64,000 nucleotides of DNA, taken from positions 11,904,001-11,968,000 of the forward strand of contig OZ076414.1 in assembly GCA_964187785.1 (NCBI GenBank), written 5' to 3'. Origin of the DNA: Amphiscolops sp. MND2022 (Eukaryota). The notes beneath the pieces were generated by a model. That model worked only from the letters and a program-made list of their open reading frames with translations, was not told the DNA's origin and ran no database searches. Below are positions 1 to 13,350 of this stretch, piece by piece; within the stretch, counting starts at the first letter, position 1; every line of letters begins with the position of its first letter. The position numbers and the translations under genes were made by a program.

Positions 1-3000
1 TCATGCTAACGCTATTACACCTTCCACTCGGTTTGTTAACCTATATATTTTCACTTCATTACAGTAATACAGTAATACACCTAATTACTTTCAAAACTAG
101 AACTTCTATTTTTGCTTGATAGTGGTGCATCCATTTGTGTTTTAAAGTTACCCACTTTTACTATTTTAGCCGCTCACTTTCTCAAATGTTCTAAATCTAC
201 TCCTCAAAATGATGACTTTAAAACGTTAACCGTAGCAAACAAAACTGAAGTACGTATATTATTCAATGTAATTCTTACCCTCCATACTTCTGTTCATGGA
301 AGCACTCGCACACTTGTAATCCCCTTTGCAGCATCAAATATCAAATACAGTATCCTTGGAACTCTTTTTTTTCGAAAAATTGTCAAAACTCTTAAGATTA
401 AAAACATGTCTCATGCATTTAATACACCTCACGAATCTCGTGTGAATACTCTCCTTTATACAGCTCATAAAGAAAAAGATTATCCATATTTTTCGTACAT
501 ATATACCAATAAAGTAAAAAATAATTTTTTTAAACCTAACAATTCTCAAGTCATCCTTTTTCCAATCCAACCTACTCTTCCTTCACATTTTCGCACTTCT
601 GATAATGAAGTTATATTTCCTTCCACTCCTCATCCTTATTTCAATACGCGCTTTAATTCCACTTTCAACTTCCTCCAAGTAGACCAAAGTATTAAAACTG
701 AACCTAACAGTTGATGTGTTTTTTGTTCAAAATATCACTCATTATTCTGCCATTCTTACACCAAGATATATTGGCTATATTGAAGTTCCCGCTACCAATA
801 AACCTCTCCACTATAAAGTTAATGATGTAAAGTTTTTAATTCACACAGTATTTCATTCATATTAACCAGATTTTTTTGAACATACACCTTCTTTTCGTCG
901 TTCTTCACTTCGAAATCCTAATGTTGAAATCAATAATCTACAAACTTCTCAAATCTTAAACCGACCTCTTCTTCTCTTGATGATGAATGTTTAAAACTTT
1001 GCTCCATTCTTGTTAAATATCAAAACTGCTATGCAACCCACTCTTATGACGTTGGTAAAATAGTCACTCGTTTTAGAATCCGCCTCAAACTTAATGCTAA
1101 ACCTAATGCTAAACTAATGCAAACTCAAAGACTCACTAAATCCCCTATTCAATATAGAGAAAAACTCAAGAAGCTACTTGATGAATTAGAAAAACACAAA
1201 ATTATTCGCCAAAGTGGTTCCACTCCCTCCGATAAAACCATTTATGGTACTAACCTTTCTAAGTCCTCTCATTATTATCCCTAGAGGAGATACTATTAAA
1301 GTCGTCCTAGATGCTAAACACTTAAACTCAAACAGTGATCAATTTTTTGAATCTTGGTTTATTGATTCTCTAGCTCCTCAACTTGCACGCGCAAACAAAA
1401 ATATAAATTTTTGATCTCATGTATGCTTATGCACATGCCCGTTTAGATGAAGAAACCATAACTCTAACAAGGTTCTCATCAAGAGACAAACTTTATGCCT
1501 TCACCCGAGGTTTTTGTGGTCTTAAAGGCCAACCCAATTTTTTCACTAAACAGATGTACTCATTTTTTTCAAAAACTCATTGATCAAAGATTCGCATGTG
1601 TCTATATTGATGATACCTTCCTCCTTGCTCTTACAAAAAATCATATGTTAGATTTAATTGAACTACTACACCAAATCTGTCAAACTAATATTCTTGAAAT
1701 TACTCCTGAAAAGTCATTCTATATTCTCCTCACTGTCCATTTTCTCGGAAATGAAATTGACAATAATACTATTAAACCCATCTTCTCCAAAGTTGATGGT
1801 ATACACAAGTTAACAAGCCGAGAACGGCCAAAGTCGGCGCCATATCTAAGCCTCAAAATTCAAAAGGGGGACCCTTCGGGCTTTGTGAAACTCCAGCTGG
1901 CTGCAAAAAATTTTTAAAAAATGAAGGGGGGACCCTTTGGCGACATTAAAAAATTTCCTAAAAAAATTTTTTAATGAGATTTTTGAACAGTGTCACAGTG
2001 CCGAAAAATGTAAAAAGGGGGACCCTCTGCAATTTTTTGACATCCATTGTGTTGCAAAACATCAAAAGAATTGAAGGGGGACCCTTTGGGGAAAAATTTC
2101 AATCCAAAAAGTTTCAAAAAGTCGCATAGTTCCGAAAATAAGTGGGGGATCCTTAGTGTGATTCTGAGGTTGTGGACGTCTGTTTTGTTTTTTCTTTTCG
2201 TTTTGGACGCGCTTCTGAGGTTGGAGTTGTTGAGGTTTGAAGTTGTTGAGGTTTGAGGTTGTTGAACAAATGAATAAAAAAGTGGACCTTTCGTGTCTAA
2301 AAAAACCTACCCACTGTAATAGTCGGGCACATTTTCCACTAAAATGCGCCGACTAAAAACACCTTTTTCCAAAACCGAATTGATGCGTTTTATTGGATCA
2401 ATGAATTTTGCTCCAAATTTATCAACAAACTCCATATTTCATACACTTCCTCCTCCTTTTATACACTTCTTCATTCCTGAACTCCTGAACTCGATTAACT
2501 TTTTAATGAAACTAAAATCTCCCTCTCAAAAGATGCAGAACTTGCAGTTCCCAATACTACTCATTCTTTTTACATCACTGTTGGTGCTTTTTGTATTGGT
2601 TTAGGTGCAATCTTATTTCAACCTAACGCAAATAATGAAATGCAAATTATATCTTAAACCTTTCGTATTTCAACAACCCAAGAAACAAAACTCTCCACGT
2701 ATGATCGAGAACTTTGTGATATAACATTTCCTCTTTCTTAATATGAATTTATCATAATTGGTTCCAAATTTCCCATAACTATTTTCACCGATCACAACCC
2801 TATTCTTTTCTTTTCACCCGCAAAGCAAATCTTACCACCAGACGATATATGGCTCAAATGTTAAATACCAAATTCTCCACTCTTCAAATTATTCACACTG
2901 CTGCCACCAACCCCCCTGTTGCTGAAATGCTCAGTAGAGATTTTTCAACCATCACTAACACAACTTGTCACTTACAACATAAAGCTCTACCTCTGCACAT

Positions 3001-3106
3001 TGATTTTCTTCAAATTAAACCCAAGAAGTATTTAAAACTGATTCATTATTTAGTCAAGCATGAAGATGTACTCACTACACAAAAAATGAGTCACACCCCA
3101 TTTTAG
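1..3106 (+). pseudogene. pol: pol fragment of A: aspartic protease, RT, RNase H (frameshifted; split by the 1814-2354 insertion)
   Basis: LDSGAS (D at 118), VVLDAKHLN, DLMYAYAH, YIDD, and RH-region fragments matching D. Confidence 0.9.
1814..2354 (-). mobile_element. Non-autonomous Helentron (HINE/DINE-1-like), 541 bp
   Basis: Subterminal IRs AGTCGGCGC (1832-1840) / GCGCCGACT (2346-2354). Partial IR at 2321-2335 folds with the sub-TIR. Terminal hairpin GCCG-AGAA-CGGC (1817-1828). GAGGTT/GTT microsatellite at 2215-2265. Inserted in an A/T run; removing it restores RT (aagttaaaaacacc). Confidence 0.75.
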
Positions 3107-3599
3107 TAGATTATGGTGATGATCAATTTACACTACGTATCCAAGATAAAGGAAATACTGTCACATATACTCCTCTTGTTTTTTACCTTTCAATCCGTCT
3201 CGTCATTTTTTTAAAAAAGATAAGAAACTTATTAAAAATAAAGTTAAAACATTACTTCAACAAATTCCTCTGCTAAACGAAGCTATTTTATATGAAACTG
3301 ATGACCCTGTTATTAAACGAATTCCTTAACAGAATTTACAATCATCTCATGACTTTCACACCTTTTTCACTGAAATACAAAATCGAAACATTAATGATTT
3401 TCACCTTTCCCAAGATATTTTAACCAACATTGCAAACTCTTCCTCTTTTAGCTTCGATGAATCTATTAATACGAACGCTATAACCCAAACTCCTATTAAA
3501 CCTACCTCTACTCAATCACTACCATTCTTTGATCCATCCTTTTTTGTTAACTGTAAAGCATTTGAAAACTTCTTCTTCCCATCAGATACCTTTCTGACA

Positions 3600-4980
3600 C
3601 TACCTTTTTTACTCCAAGCCCAAACGGATGATCTTGTTCTTTCTACTGTTTTAATTGGTTAAAACAAAAACAAAGACCTCATTCTCTAACCCCAATTATC
3701 AAAGCTAACTCCTTTTTATATACTTACTATAAACAATTTCAAAATCACATTTTATACACCAAACTCTCGAATCTTTGAAGAAATTTTTATCACAACCCAA
3801 CCTCTATTATTCAATTCGCATTTGGTTACCATTTGAGTTTTTGATAAAACTAATTCCCATGGCCACTCTGGTGAAAATCTCTCTATTAAATTTTTTAACC
3901 AATTCTATTATACTCCTCATCTCCCCTAATGGTTCTCCATTTTCATTCATTATTGTATTGAACATCAAACAAAAAAAATTCCTATTAAACCTAACAACAT
4001 TTCTCATTCTCTGCCATTCTATAAAAGTTCCACTCATTTCAATTATCGAATCTTAATGGATACTAAAGGCCCTTTTTCTCCTTCTTCCCAGAACAACTCT
4101 TATACTTTTGTTATCATTGATGCTATTAGTCACTTTGGTGTGACTAACCCAGCTCCTCATCTTTCCTCCAATTATGCAATACAAACTCTTCTCCGCCATT
4201 GGATTACAAAATTTGGACCTCCACGATACCTTCTAACTGATCGCGGTACTCAGTATGTTAATCAAGATATGGCTCATTTATGTTATCTGTTTAACATCAA
4301 CCACTCACCACGTACTCCATATTCTCCTTGGACAAACGGCTTAGTCGAAGTCCAGAATCGTAATCTTGGCACTCACCTCCGTCTCTTCTTACAAAATTCC
4401 CCTTCCAATTGGTCATTTCAAACTCAAATGAATGCCTACGCTCATAACACTACTCCTCTTTCTCAACTTAAACCCTCTCCTTATCAAATTGTTTTCCACA
4501 CCCATCCTCGTGTTCCTTTAACTTTCTCTCTCAATTCATTACGCGCTTCCTCTAAAAATAGTATAGCAACATATTGCACTTCTCTTCCTCCTCATACACA
4601 TTATAGTAACCAAGATCTTAATCTTTTCTCCCACTCACTTCTTGATAAACCTATTTCTCCATGGCTCTTGTCTGCTGAACATGCAATGGTAGAAATATAT
4701 TCAACTATCCACCTTCATATAACTAACGAATTAAAGTCCCAAACCTTTGAACCAATCTACTTTTGAACCATCACATTTAAAACTAGTCTCTTAACACCTT
4801 CGTCATTCAAACTAATTTTAAACTTGTCAATTTCTCACAAACTATCCAACTTCTTCGTCTTGGTCCAAATAAAACTATTCAACATCTTTCCGATGTTACA
4901 TTTGAACTTATATCTCAAGATGGTTCTACCTTTCAAACACAACGAAACCATAAATTACCAAATTACCCTAAAGAGTCTGT
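3600..4980 (+). pseudogene. int: Integrase of A
   Basis: MDTKGP...IIDA, TDRG, SPWTNGLVE (DDE core) in ORF 4056-4766. Confidence 0.9.
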
Positions 4981-5759
4981 GAATTTTCCATACCTCAGAC
5001 ATTATCTCTCTACACCCTCACTTATCAATAACCCGTATACTGAATCCTATCAAGATACCTTTTCTCAATCCACCCCACAAAAGTCTCAAACGCCATTTGA
5101 TTCTTTTCAAGCCCAAACCTCTCTAAGAAAAGTCTCTCATGATTTTTCCACAAATACCAAAATCTTTCTCATTCCACCTCTTTAGATGATAATCTTGACC
5201 ATAAATTTGACTCTATTGATTCTGATTTTGAAATGCTCGAAAATCATATTTATCATTCAATCTCGTCTAATACGTCTTTTCCTCAACTATATGCTCGTGT
5301 CGCAAATTCTCCAAATACTCCTTTAGCCTTTCCAAACGGCCCACAAACCTTACCTACTCATACTCGAGCTCCTCATATAAATTACGTTCTCTATCCCCTA
5401 CAAACTACCATTACTCTAGACCTAATATTAGCTTCCCCCCTCAATTTGCTATTCAACACTTAATTAGACTCCGCTGATTGCCCCTATTATCTCTTGTCTA
5501 GACACTTCATTCTGTCTGACACTAGACATTTTAATTATTAGCTACTTTCCCCACTTTCCTTCTGTTCATTTTGGTTTGAAATTCTAACAAGACAGTTGCT
5601 TCCGTTAAAAAGCTAATAACGTATCCAACTTTTGTCTTTTCAATTTCTGATAGTGTACAATTGTACTTCAATTGTACAGCCTAGTGTACAAAGCTAACTT
5701 AACTATTCACCACTCTTTAAAATCATTAAATACTACACTCCTTTGTTTCCACCCTGTTT

Positions 5760-7066
5760 TTTGTCCCCTGGGTCTACGGATTCGAACTCTTCAGCCTCTT
5801 CTGTTTCCACTGATACTATAAACTCATCTCAAAGTTCCTCTTTAGTTTCACAACGACCTCCTCTCTCTTGATTAATACCTCCTCTCTCTTGATTAATACC
5901 CATTACTCCTTCCTTAAACACTACCCCTACTAATACTCCTCACCATACTCCTATATCAACACCTGTTCAACAACAAACTCAAACTTCTTAAACTCTTTCT
6001 CTCTCTGATACTGAATTTCCTTTAACTCCTTTTAACATAGCACCAACTCATTCTCCGCCTCCTTCTCTTCTTCATATTCCTGATCCTAGTGAAATTGACC
6101 CACTACTACTTCGAAATATTAATCAACCTCCTTGCAAATCTATTTTCATTCCCACTTCTATCATATCTCTGCGTCGACAATCCCAATCCCTCCTTGTTCC
6201 CACCTGTCATCTCAATCTTCACTACCACCACTTGAAACTCTTAAAATCCCTGTACTTGAATCCTTAGATACCGTTCAAAAGAAATCTGATCTAAGTGAAG
6301 TTGATTCAAATACCCTTTCTTTTATTTATCCTCGCCTTCCTCCTCAAACTCTGCCTCTAAATACACTACCTTTTCTTTAGATAAGCTTTTAGACTTCTCG
6401 TCTGAATTTACTATTCGCCGACCTCCGCGTCATAGACATAATCTTCGCTACAATCAAAATCTTGCAAGTACTATCTCTTCTCCATTAAGGCATCACGCCC
6501 AATCTTTTTCTTCTGATTCCCTTTCACCACCCGGTACTGCTTTCTCTTAACGATCATCTTTTTCATCCTACAACGAGACTGGTCACCTCTTTTCAAAACC
6601 CACCTCCCAAAATTCTAATGTCCTTTCCTCAGATAGCCATCTGCTTAATATTGACTTGAATACTGATCAATATTCCATTCCTCCTACGCCTAATCGTGTT
6701 GATTATCTTTTAATCGTCAACGATACTGTTCCTAACAGTCCTCGTCAAGACCCTCGATTTTTATTTCTCGCCACTCATAAATTAAATTCTAATACTCATA
6801 TCTCTGACGAACGTCGTCGTAAGGACTTTCAACGACTTGACACTACTAACCTTGAAATTAAATTTGTAATTACTGCTAAGATTCATAATTCAAGTCCTCA
6901 TCCAATCCCTTCTCGCACAACTGTAAACTTCAAATCTTTGCCTCATCCATTGATTGCTACCTATCTTAGTCTTTTTGTAAGCGACAATCTTCCCTTTCGT
7001 CTCCCACACGGTTCTTTAACCTTTCTTAACACTCTCACCTTTTTAAAATATTTTGCTCAATTTTAA
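5760..7066 (+). pseudogene. Accessory ORF X of A (P/S/T-rich, conserved C-terminal domain)
   Basis: DQYS.PPTPNRVDY...RQDPRF...LKYFAQF* matches D 52152-53477. Confidence 0.75.
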
Positions 7067-7068
7067 AC

Positions 7069-8222
7069 ATGACTCCTTTATTTAACCACTCCCTTCTTTA
7101 CCTTTTCCTCCTTCTTAAATTTTTTGCTATTCTCATACTTTCATTAGACACGTCCTCTGATCAAGTTTATCCTTATGACCATCATAATTCTGACCTTCTA
7201 GTTTCTCTCTATGACTGTTCCAAACAACAAAACTTAGGACAATTTTTTCTCACTCGAGTTCAACCTTGTGTTCGAGCTCGTTTTTCTTTTGTTTGAAAGC
7301 ACGCGCGCTTTTGCTAACGTTTTTGTTCGTGCTAAAACTAAACGCCTTACAGCATGGACATGCAGAGCTTATGTTAAACGTGCAAAAAAATTGTTTAGTT
7401 TTAAAATAGTTTAAAACTCAACTCTCAAAGAAAAAGCTGTTTGTTGGGACCGCTATGAATATATTGTTGAAAAAGTTAGTTGGTTTCTCATTGTTAAAGA
7501 AAGCGAAATCACCTATGATGATAAAGATAACAAAATCATATACCATGGACGAACTCTACCTTGCCTCTATGATGATGGCTTTTGCAAACCTACTATTTTA
7601 ACCCCATTCACCATTGTTTGGTTCCCTGAAGAACTATGTTTGAGTTTTTCAATTCACTCCTTTTTTGGACGAATTTTTAAACTCACTAATTGCTATTGGC
7701 TTGAAACTGAACACTTTTTTAGTAATCACTAATCCAATATTCCATCTGACACTCTTTACCTTGATACCAAATCTCAAATTCGTCTCTCTCGTTTTGAAAT
7801 TCTCCCAGAAAATAAAATGATTTTCATCAAACCCACACCTTTATACACTACTCAATACCCCGATCTCTTTATTACATATAAAGAAGGTTTTAAGATTCAT
7901 ATTGGTAAACGTAATCCATTTCAGCTCCCTGAAAGTGAACAATACAATAAACTCACCGCTCAATTAATTTCTGGTAAATTAAAACATACTCACGATAAAT
8001 TCCTTTTTCCTGCTTTGAACTCCTTAAATAATTTTGACACTATTGATTACGAAGCTCAATTAATTCAATTAATACTTACATTGAATATTCAATTAACCAC
8101 GTATTCAGAAGCATGTCTGTTGCTGAAATCAATACTCTTCATACTATTCGCGAAGTTGAACGCACCCAACTCTTAACTATTCTCGCAATGTCTGTTGAAA
8201 ATCCAAAACTTGCTGGTTTCGT
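7069..8222 (+). pseudogene. env: env N-terminal half of A (internal deletion near 7395; truncated at ~8222)
   Basis: Signal-like hydrophobic N-terminus, LLVSLYDCSKQQNL..F.LTRVQPC, DTIDYEA; matches D env. Confidence 0.85.
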
Positions 8223-8766
8223 CTAAACTCAAAACTGTAGTAACTTTTTATAAGTTTTTTCCAAAAAAAAATTGAGAATAATTTTTGAGGTATAGAGTAA
8301 GTTTTGTATGTTCATATTCATTCTTCCATGCAAAAGATGTTTTTTGATAAAATTTATCAAATCCTTACATCTTTTACAACTCCACCCAAATTTCATATGT
8401 TTTAAAATACCTCCTCGCCTTTTTATTGACCTCAAGTCAAGAATTACATATTGCCCGAACCTCACGTAAAGAAAGAATAGAGACAACTCAAAAAGACAAC
8501 TTGATGAAAATTCCTTTACAAATTCTACTTTTTACAAAGTACAAATTCCTTTTACAAATTTTTTTTACAAATTCCTTCAATTCTACTAGATTCTAAAACA
8601 CAAACACAATATTTTAGTGTTCAAATCCACACCCTGTCACATTAAAACCAAACTCCAAATTAAACTTTTGAACAAAACCCAATCTTTTGAAACATAACCC
8701 AATTTAAACAAATTTGACGTTTTATGTCACCAAATTATTTTTTTCTTTTTTAAAAACCCGGTCGGA

Positions 8767-9124
8767 TGATGTACCTACCATTTAATGATCATCCCCACTC
8801 ATGAACAACTGTAATCCCCCACGCCGCTAATGAATGTCTAGACTCAGTTTCATTATTGAATTATGAACCATGCATCTTGAATTTAATGTACCTACTTTGT
8901 ATTCAATACTATAACCCAATTCTTTAAACTAATTCTGATTTACATTAAAACACAACTCAATAGATTTTTCACTGCTTAGTTGTCTTCCGGTCCGTCTCAG
9001 ACCGAATATCGGCAGCACTATCAGTGTCTCCCTTAAAGTACTAAGTCTCTCGTTCGTTCTAAAGATAATATCCATAATAAAATATATTGTAATACTAAAA
9101 CATAATAAAACAACAAGTACAATA
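8767..9124 (+). repeat. 3' LTR of A (different subfamily from D's LTR; right end approximate)
   Basis: Begins TGATG after AAAACCCGGTCGGA, as D's 3' LTR does. Shares GTTGTCTTC...GTGTCTC.TTAAAGTACTAA and CAAGTAC blocks with the D LTR. Confidence 0.75.
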
Positions 9125-9447
9125 GTATCAACTGTAATGAGGACCACAGCTCTAGTAGACTATAAAAACAGGGTTGAAAAGTTTCGAAATGAATTAATTC
9201 CATATGTTAAGGAAACACCAAGTCGTAATAGTACAAATTAAGCTCTCGAGCATAAGGTTCTCATGAAAGTTCATAAAAGTTTTCACTCCTCGTGACACGA
9301 GGGGAGACTCTCAAGCAACTTCCATAACACGGGTTGTCATCACACGAAAGTGACGAATACCTCTGATTTTCGAGAAAAACCTCGGCTTTTGCAAGCAGAT
9401 ACCAATATTTCCGCTGTTATACGCTGCTCTCTCTCTCTCTCGCTCGC
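9125..9447 (-). repeat. Partial 3' LTR of E
   Basis: Matches 21576-21680 plus 22245-22480 (GTAATGAGGACCAC, AAGCTCTCGAGCAT, GGGGAGACTCTCAAGCAACTTCC). Confidence 0.85.
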
Positions 9448-11257
9448 TGCAGCAATGTATCCCAAATAGGGCAAAGCGGGACGGACAAAAGGCTCCACAT
9501 CCAACCCGGAGATTCAGGGCGCAAATCACGAAATCTATGTTTCTGGACTTCCAGACTTCGGACAGCAAATACACAAATCTCTGTTGGCTCTGATCCCAGT
9601 AAATGAGTCCTGGAGGGGAAACGGACAGAGTTGAAATCCCTAGCCGACCTCTCAAGATCTCGAGCGCCTTCTCCATGGCGTTCGTCATCTGATGCAACAG
9701 CTGTCCAGGCATATTGGGGGACGCTGTGGCCTTTGTCGCATCTGGAACTCGATTCAACAACCGTTCGCAAGCCATATGGTCAAAAAAGTTCAACAGAATC
9801 ACTTTATGTGGTGGCGGTTCACGCAGAGAGCCCACGAGCTCTGTCGCAAAGATGGCGACAAGCAATTCTGCTGTTTCCGGCAACCTCGATGCCACCAAGA
9901 CGTTGGCATCATATTTTCGATGAAGAGATCGCAACGAAATGTCGCATCTACCATCAGCCAATATTGTGGGCAGTGTACCGCAGTCTTAGGCACAGGCTTC
10001 ACTGCTGCAAGACTTCGAGGGTACCTTGTTTTGGCCTCCCACGACTCTCCTTCGCGCAGAGTGTACCTGCCAGGAAACTGGTCGGTCAGTTTATGTGCGA
10101 GTGGGGCCAAACAGTTATGGCTCGTCTGAGGTAACTTATCTTGGGCTCTTTGCGCCCAAGCTTGAGGGGCAATAGGCATATCGTATGCACGTTTTGTTCG
10201 AGTCACGTACACAGCGACACTGTACTGTCGAACAATGCTTTGTTCGTCATCCGATGGTGTAACACGCTTCTTCTGAGCGTACATGGGCGCACACAGCTGG
10301 CTTGCTGCACTCCAGATTCGGCGTGCATCGCGCAACACCACGGAATCAGCGACTTCTTCGGACGGTAGCAAGTACGCCGGAGGAGCATTTGCTTCAAGGG
10401 ACGTGCCCGCGAGCACCATGATCTCGGTAGACTCAGTTTCAGCTGAGCGGTTTGTGTCTGCTACTTCGCTCCTTGATAGCTGTGGTGGATCTCCGCTTTG
10501 TTGTCTTCCTTTTGGGGGCACCGGAATTACCACTGAGCGTAGAGTGGGTTCAGCTGGTCGTTGCTTGTCAGGAGGAGGTCGACTTGTTGGGCTGTCGGTC
10601 GATGCACTAGTTGAAGGTCACGTTCGTTAACGTGCGTCGTTGGCTTTCTTTTGGCATCATCTCACTGATCGTACCTCGGCAGTTTCATTTCGGACAAGCT
10701 CTCGGACGGGAGCAGCGTTGGCGACAAGCGGATAGCACACGGGCTGCGTTGGAGCTTGCAACTAGGTCCTCAGTCCGGGCAGACGCTGCTGCACAGCTTG
10801 TAAGAAGTCTTGCGAGTCCGGATAGTTTGACCTTGCTTGCAGCGCCACTATCACGGCTTGCTCACCGGGGTTACATTTCGTTAGATCAGGGGCAACCATT
10901 GATGCTACTTGGTTGGATCCGACAGGCTCCTGCACAGCTGAAGACGCCGCTTGCGACGTTTGCAGAACCGCATGGGCACCAAAAACTGACGTTAGTGGAT
11001 ATCCTGATGCTGGATGATAAACCGTAATCCACTGCATCCTTAAAGACGTTTCTTGCTCGAATACGTTGCCGTGACTCGGCCCGTAGACGATAGTCATAAT
11101 GGAATTGGTTGGTCAAGTCGTACTCATCCCACACACCATCGCAATATCTGAGCGCACGACGATATCCCGCCAAATCGGCTACTAATGACAACGATATTGC
11201 TGGAAGAGAGGACTGCTGAGCCTCGATTTGTGCCAGAACGGCGGCCATTCCTGCCAC
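9448..11257 (-). pseudogene. Long accessory ORF of E with C-terminal SGNH/GDSL-fold-like domain
   Basis: Starts MAAVLAQIEAQ. C-terminal VWPHSHIN / KVILLNFFDH / LSVSPPG / LRVGCGAF-PSALPYLGY resembles the SGNH block layout. Frameshifted. Confidence 0.45.
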
Positions 11258-11755
11258 TGCGCTGAAGACATTCCTTCTCGGAGACGCTCCTTCAAATACT
11301 GGAACTGATTCACTCGCTGCGCTCGCGCAGTTCCCTGTCGAGAAGAGCCCACAGGCAACTGTGGTAGAGCAATTGAGCCAGCTGAATATTAAGCAATGCC
11401 GTTCACATAGGTCTAAAAAGGGGTGCCATTCAGACCATTACCTTACATGGTAATCCACTCACGGGCTTACAAGAACTTAAACATATAACATTGGTTAACG
11501 TAAAGTGCAGCAAAAATCATGGTGTGCTCTTTCGTGGGCACACACTAGGCTTATAACATATACTTATTGGGTTGGGCCGATAGATTACTCACAACCAACA
11601 CTGTACATGAGGTGAAATTCCGGTTTTTTGAAAGTTTGTAACTAAAAGTTTTCATTTCACCTCGATACCGAGTATGGACAAGTAAACACGGTCATGTAAC
11701 ACCACATGAATGCCTGTGTCCGCAAATACCTCCATCATCATGCGATAAAGATTAA

Positions 11756-12347
11756 CTAAAGAGTACACGGGCCGGGCCGTTCAGGATCCATGATAGGGAA
11801 ACGGATTGTAGAGTGGAGGAAACTGGACGCATTCTCGGACCAACGTTGGATCAAGCCCGCTATACAGCTAAGGTAGTCATCAGCGAGCAGCGGTGCACGC
11901 TGATTTGCTCGTACAATAAGCAAATGAACAGTTCGGGATACATTATCGGTCAAGTAATGGGGAAGCGTTAAGACCTCGGAGTGCAAACACGCGATCCTTT
12001 CCGTACCCCCGTAGGAAATATCGCACAACAGCAGAATTTGTTTCCAAATCAGTTGGACATGCCAATGCAATAATGCCAGTGGCTTGCAATAAGTCAGTAA
12101 TATCGCAGGATGCATATTCAACCAAGTTAGAACGTAGTACCCCTGGGTACATGATTTCATTTCCAGGTACATAATCCGGAGGCGGACGTATCCTAGGACA
12201 ACGTCCTTCGATTGCGGCTAGATCTTGCCACACTGCGCTCGGCAGCGCTTGATTGTCAATGTTTGCTTTGACCCACACATCTAGGGTACCAAGTGCAGCT
12301 GTGGCTGTCAGAGGGACCTCAAAAGTGTGTGTCCACTCATCCAACAC
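11756..12347 (-). pseudogene. Macrodomain-like (TARG1/OARD1/Poa1p-type) ORF downstream of E integrase
   Basis: IALACPTDLETNSAVVRYFLRGYG...EVLTL...RTVHLLIVRANQRAPLLADDYLSCIAGL...IRFPIMD, across one frameshift near 11975. Confidence 0.5.
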
Positions 12348-12479
12348 TCATATCCGCGGATAGTTGATGAAGCAGATGATGGATGACTTTAACCACCAAG
12401 CAAACTTGGTCTTACCCCGGTACCAGTCAATAATGTGAAAACATAAAATCAACTCCTCGGACGTGGAGGTTCGCAGACA

Positions 12480-13350
12480 CATCTTTTGCTGACGAGCTAG
12501 CACATCATCCACATAGGCCTCATGAGACTAGAACGTTGTAGCAGCGAATTCGGGGTAGACGTAAGTGAGCGGAATTGCTTTCTCAATACCCCTGGTCAGT
12601 ATGGAGGTCGAGAACCCGTTCGTGGCATGTCGCGTGGAGTTGTAGGCTCCCATGACCTCATCAAGGTGTTGATACCAATCATGCATCCGTTGAGAAGAAA
12701 AGACACGAAGTAAAGTTAACAGTGTCCGATTTTATTGCTCTACCAACCCTTGAGTGCGAGGGTGTCCCGCAGTAGAAGTAACATTTGTTAATGCGACGCT
12801 CTCAGGAATTGATTGGACACTTCGGCCGTTAAGTTCGGAGCGTTATCAGACTGCATACGGGTGGGTGTGCCATGTCGGGCTAACCATTTCTGCAGCAAAA
12901 ACCTGGAGGTAGTAATAGCATCATAGTCCTCATGACTACAAGACACAGCCTCAGCAAACTTGGAGAAATGATCAAGGATCACAAGTATGCCAGTGTTGTT
13001 ACTATCTGAAGGACATATCTTCAAATGATCGTATTGAACAAGCTCATTAAAACAACCACTCTGGATTTTTTCGAGGTGAAACCGAACGTCGCCTGGTTTG
13101 TCGCTCACCTGCTGGCACGTTAAACACTGGCTTACGTACTTGCCGACGGCACGGCGAATGCCTGGCCACGTGTGGCACTCTTAAATGCGTGCTACCACTT
13201 TGGCAATGCCTTGATGTCCCATTGCATCGTGGGCAGGAAACAAGATTTCGTGCTGCTAAAGCTGGGGCAACACAATCATGTGCAGCGTCCGTTCGTGCAG
13301 AGGACGTTGGGTAGGCGGATACCGTGTACACACGATGCCATTCGAACTGA
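12480..13350 (-). pseudogene. int: Integrase of E
   Basis: HDAMGH...CLTCQQ zinc finger; QYDHLK, ILDHFSKF, MQSDNAPN, GLVE(Q)NRT. Confidence 0.9.

Larger units (their letters stand above)
1..9124 (+). mobile_element. Copy A: 5'-truncated, degraded env-bearing Ty3/gypsy LTR retrotransposon (same family as D)
   Basis: PR, RT, RH, INT, ORF X and env fragments are collinear with D (46700-54880) and visibly similar at nucleotide level. Ends in an LTR starting TGATG at 8767. Confidence 0.9.

Noticed and set aside
5855-5896. Small tandem duplications (also ~1090-1120, 27960-28020, 29343-29388)
   Set aside because: Private slippage mutations in decaying copies.
9125-9132. GTATCAAC flanks both E LTRs (also 21576-21583), suggesting target-site preference or PBS carry-over
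   Set aside because: More simply part of the LTR, whose real end is (T)GTAACAG-GTATCAAC, an inverted repeat of GTTACA at 22640-22645.
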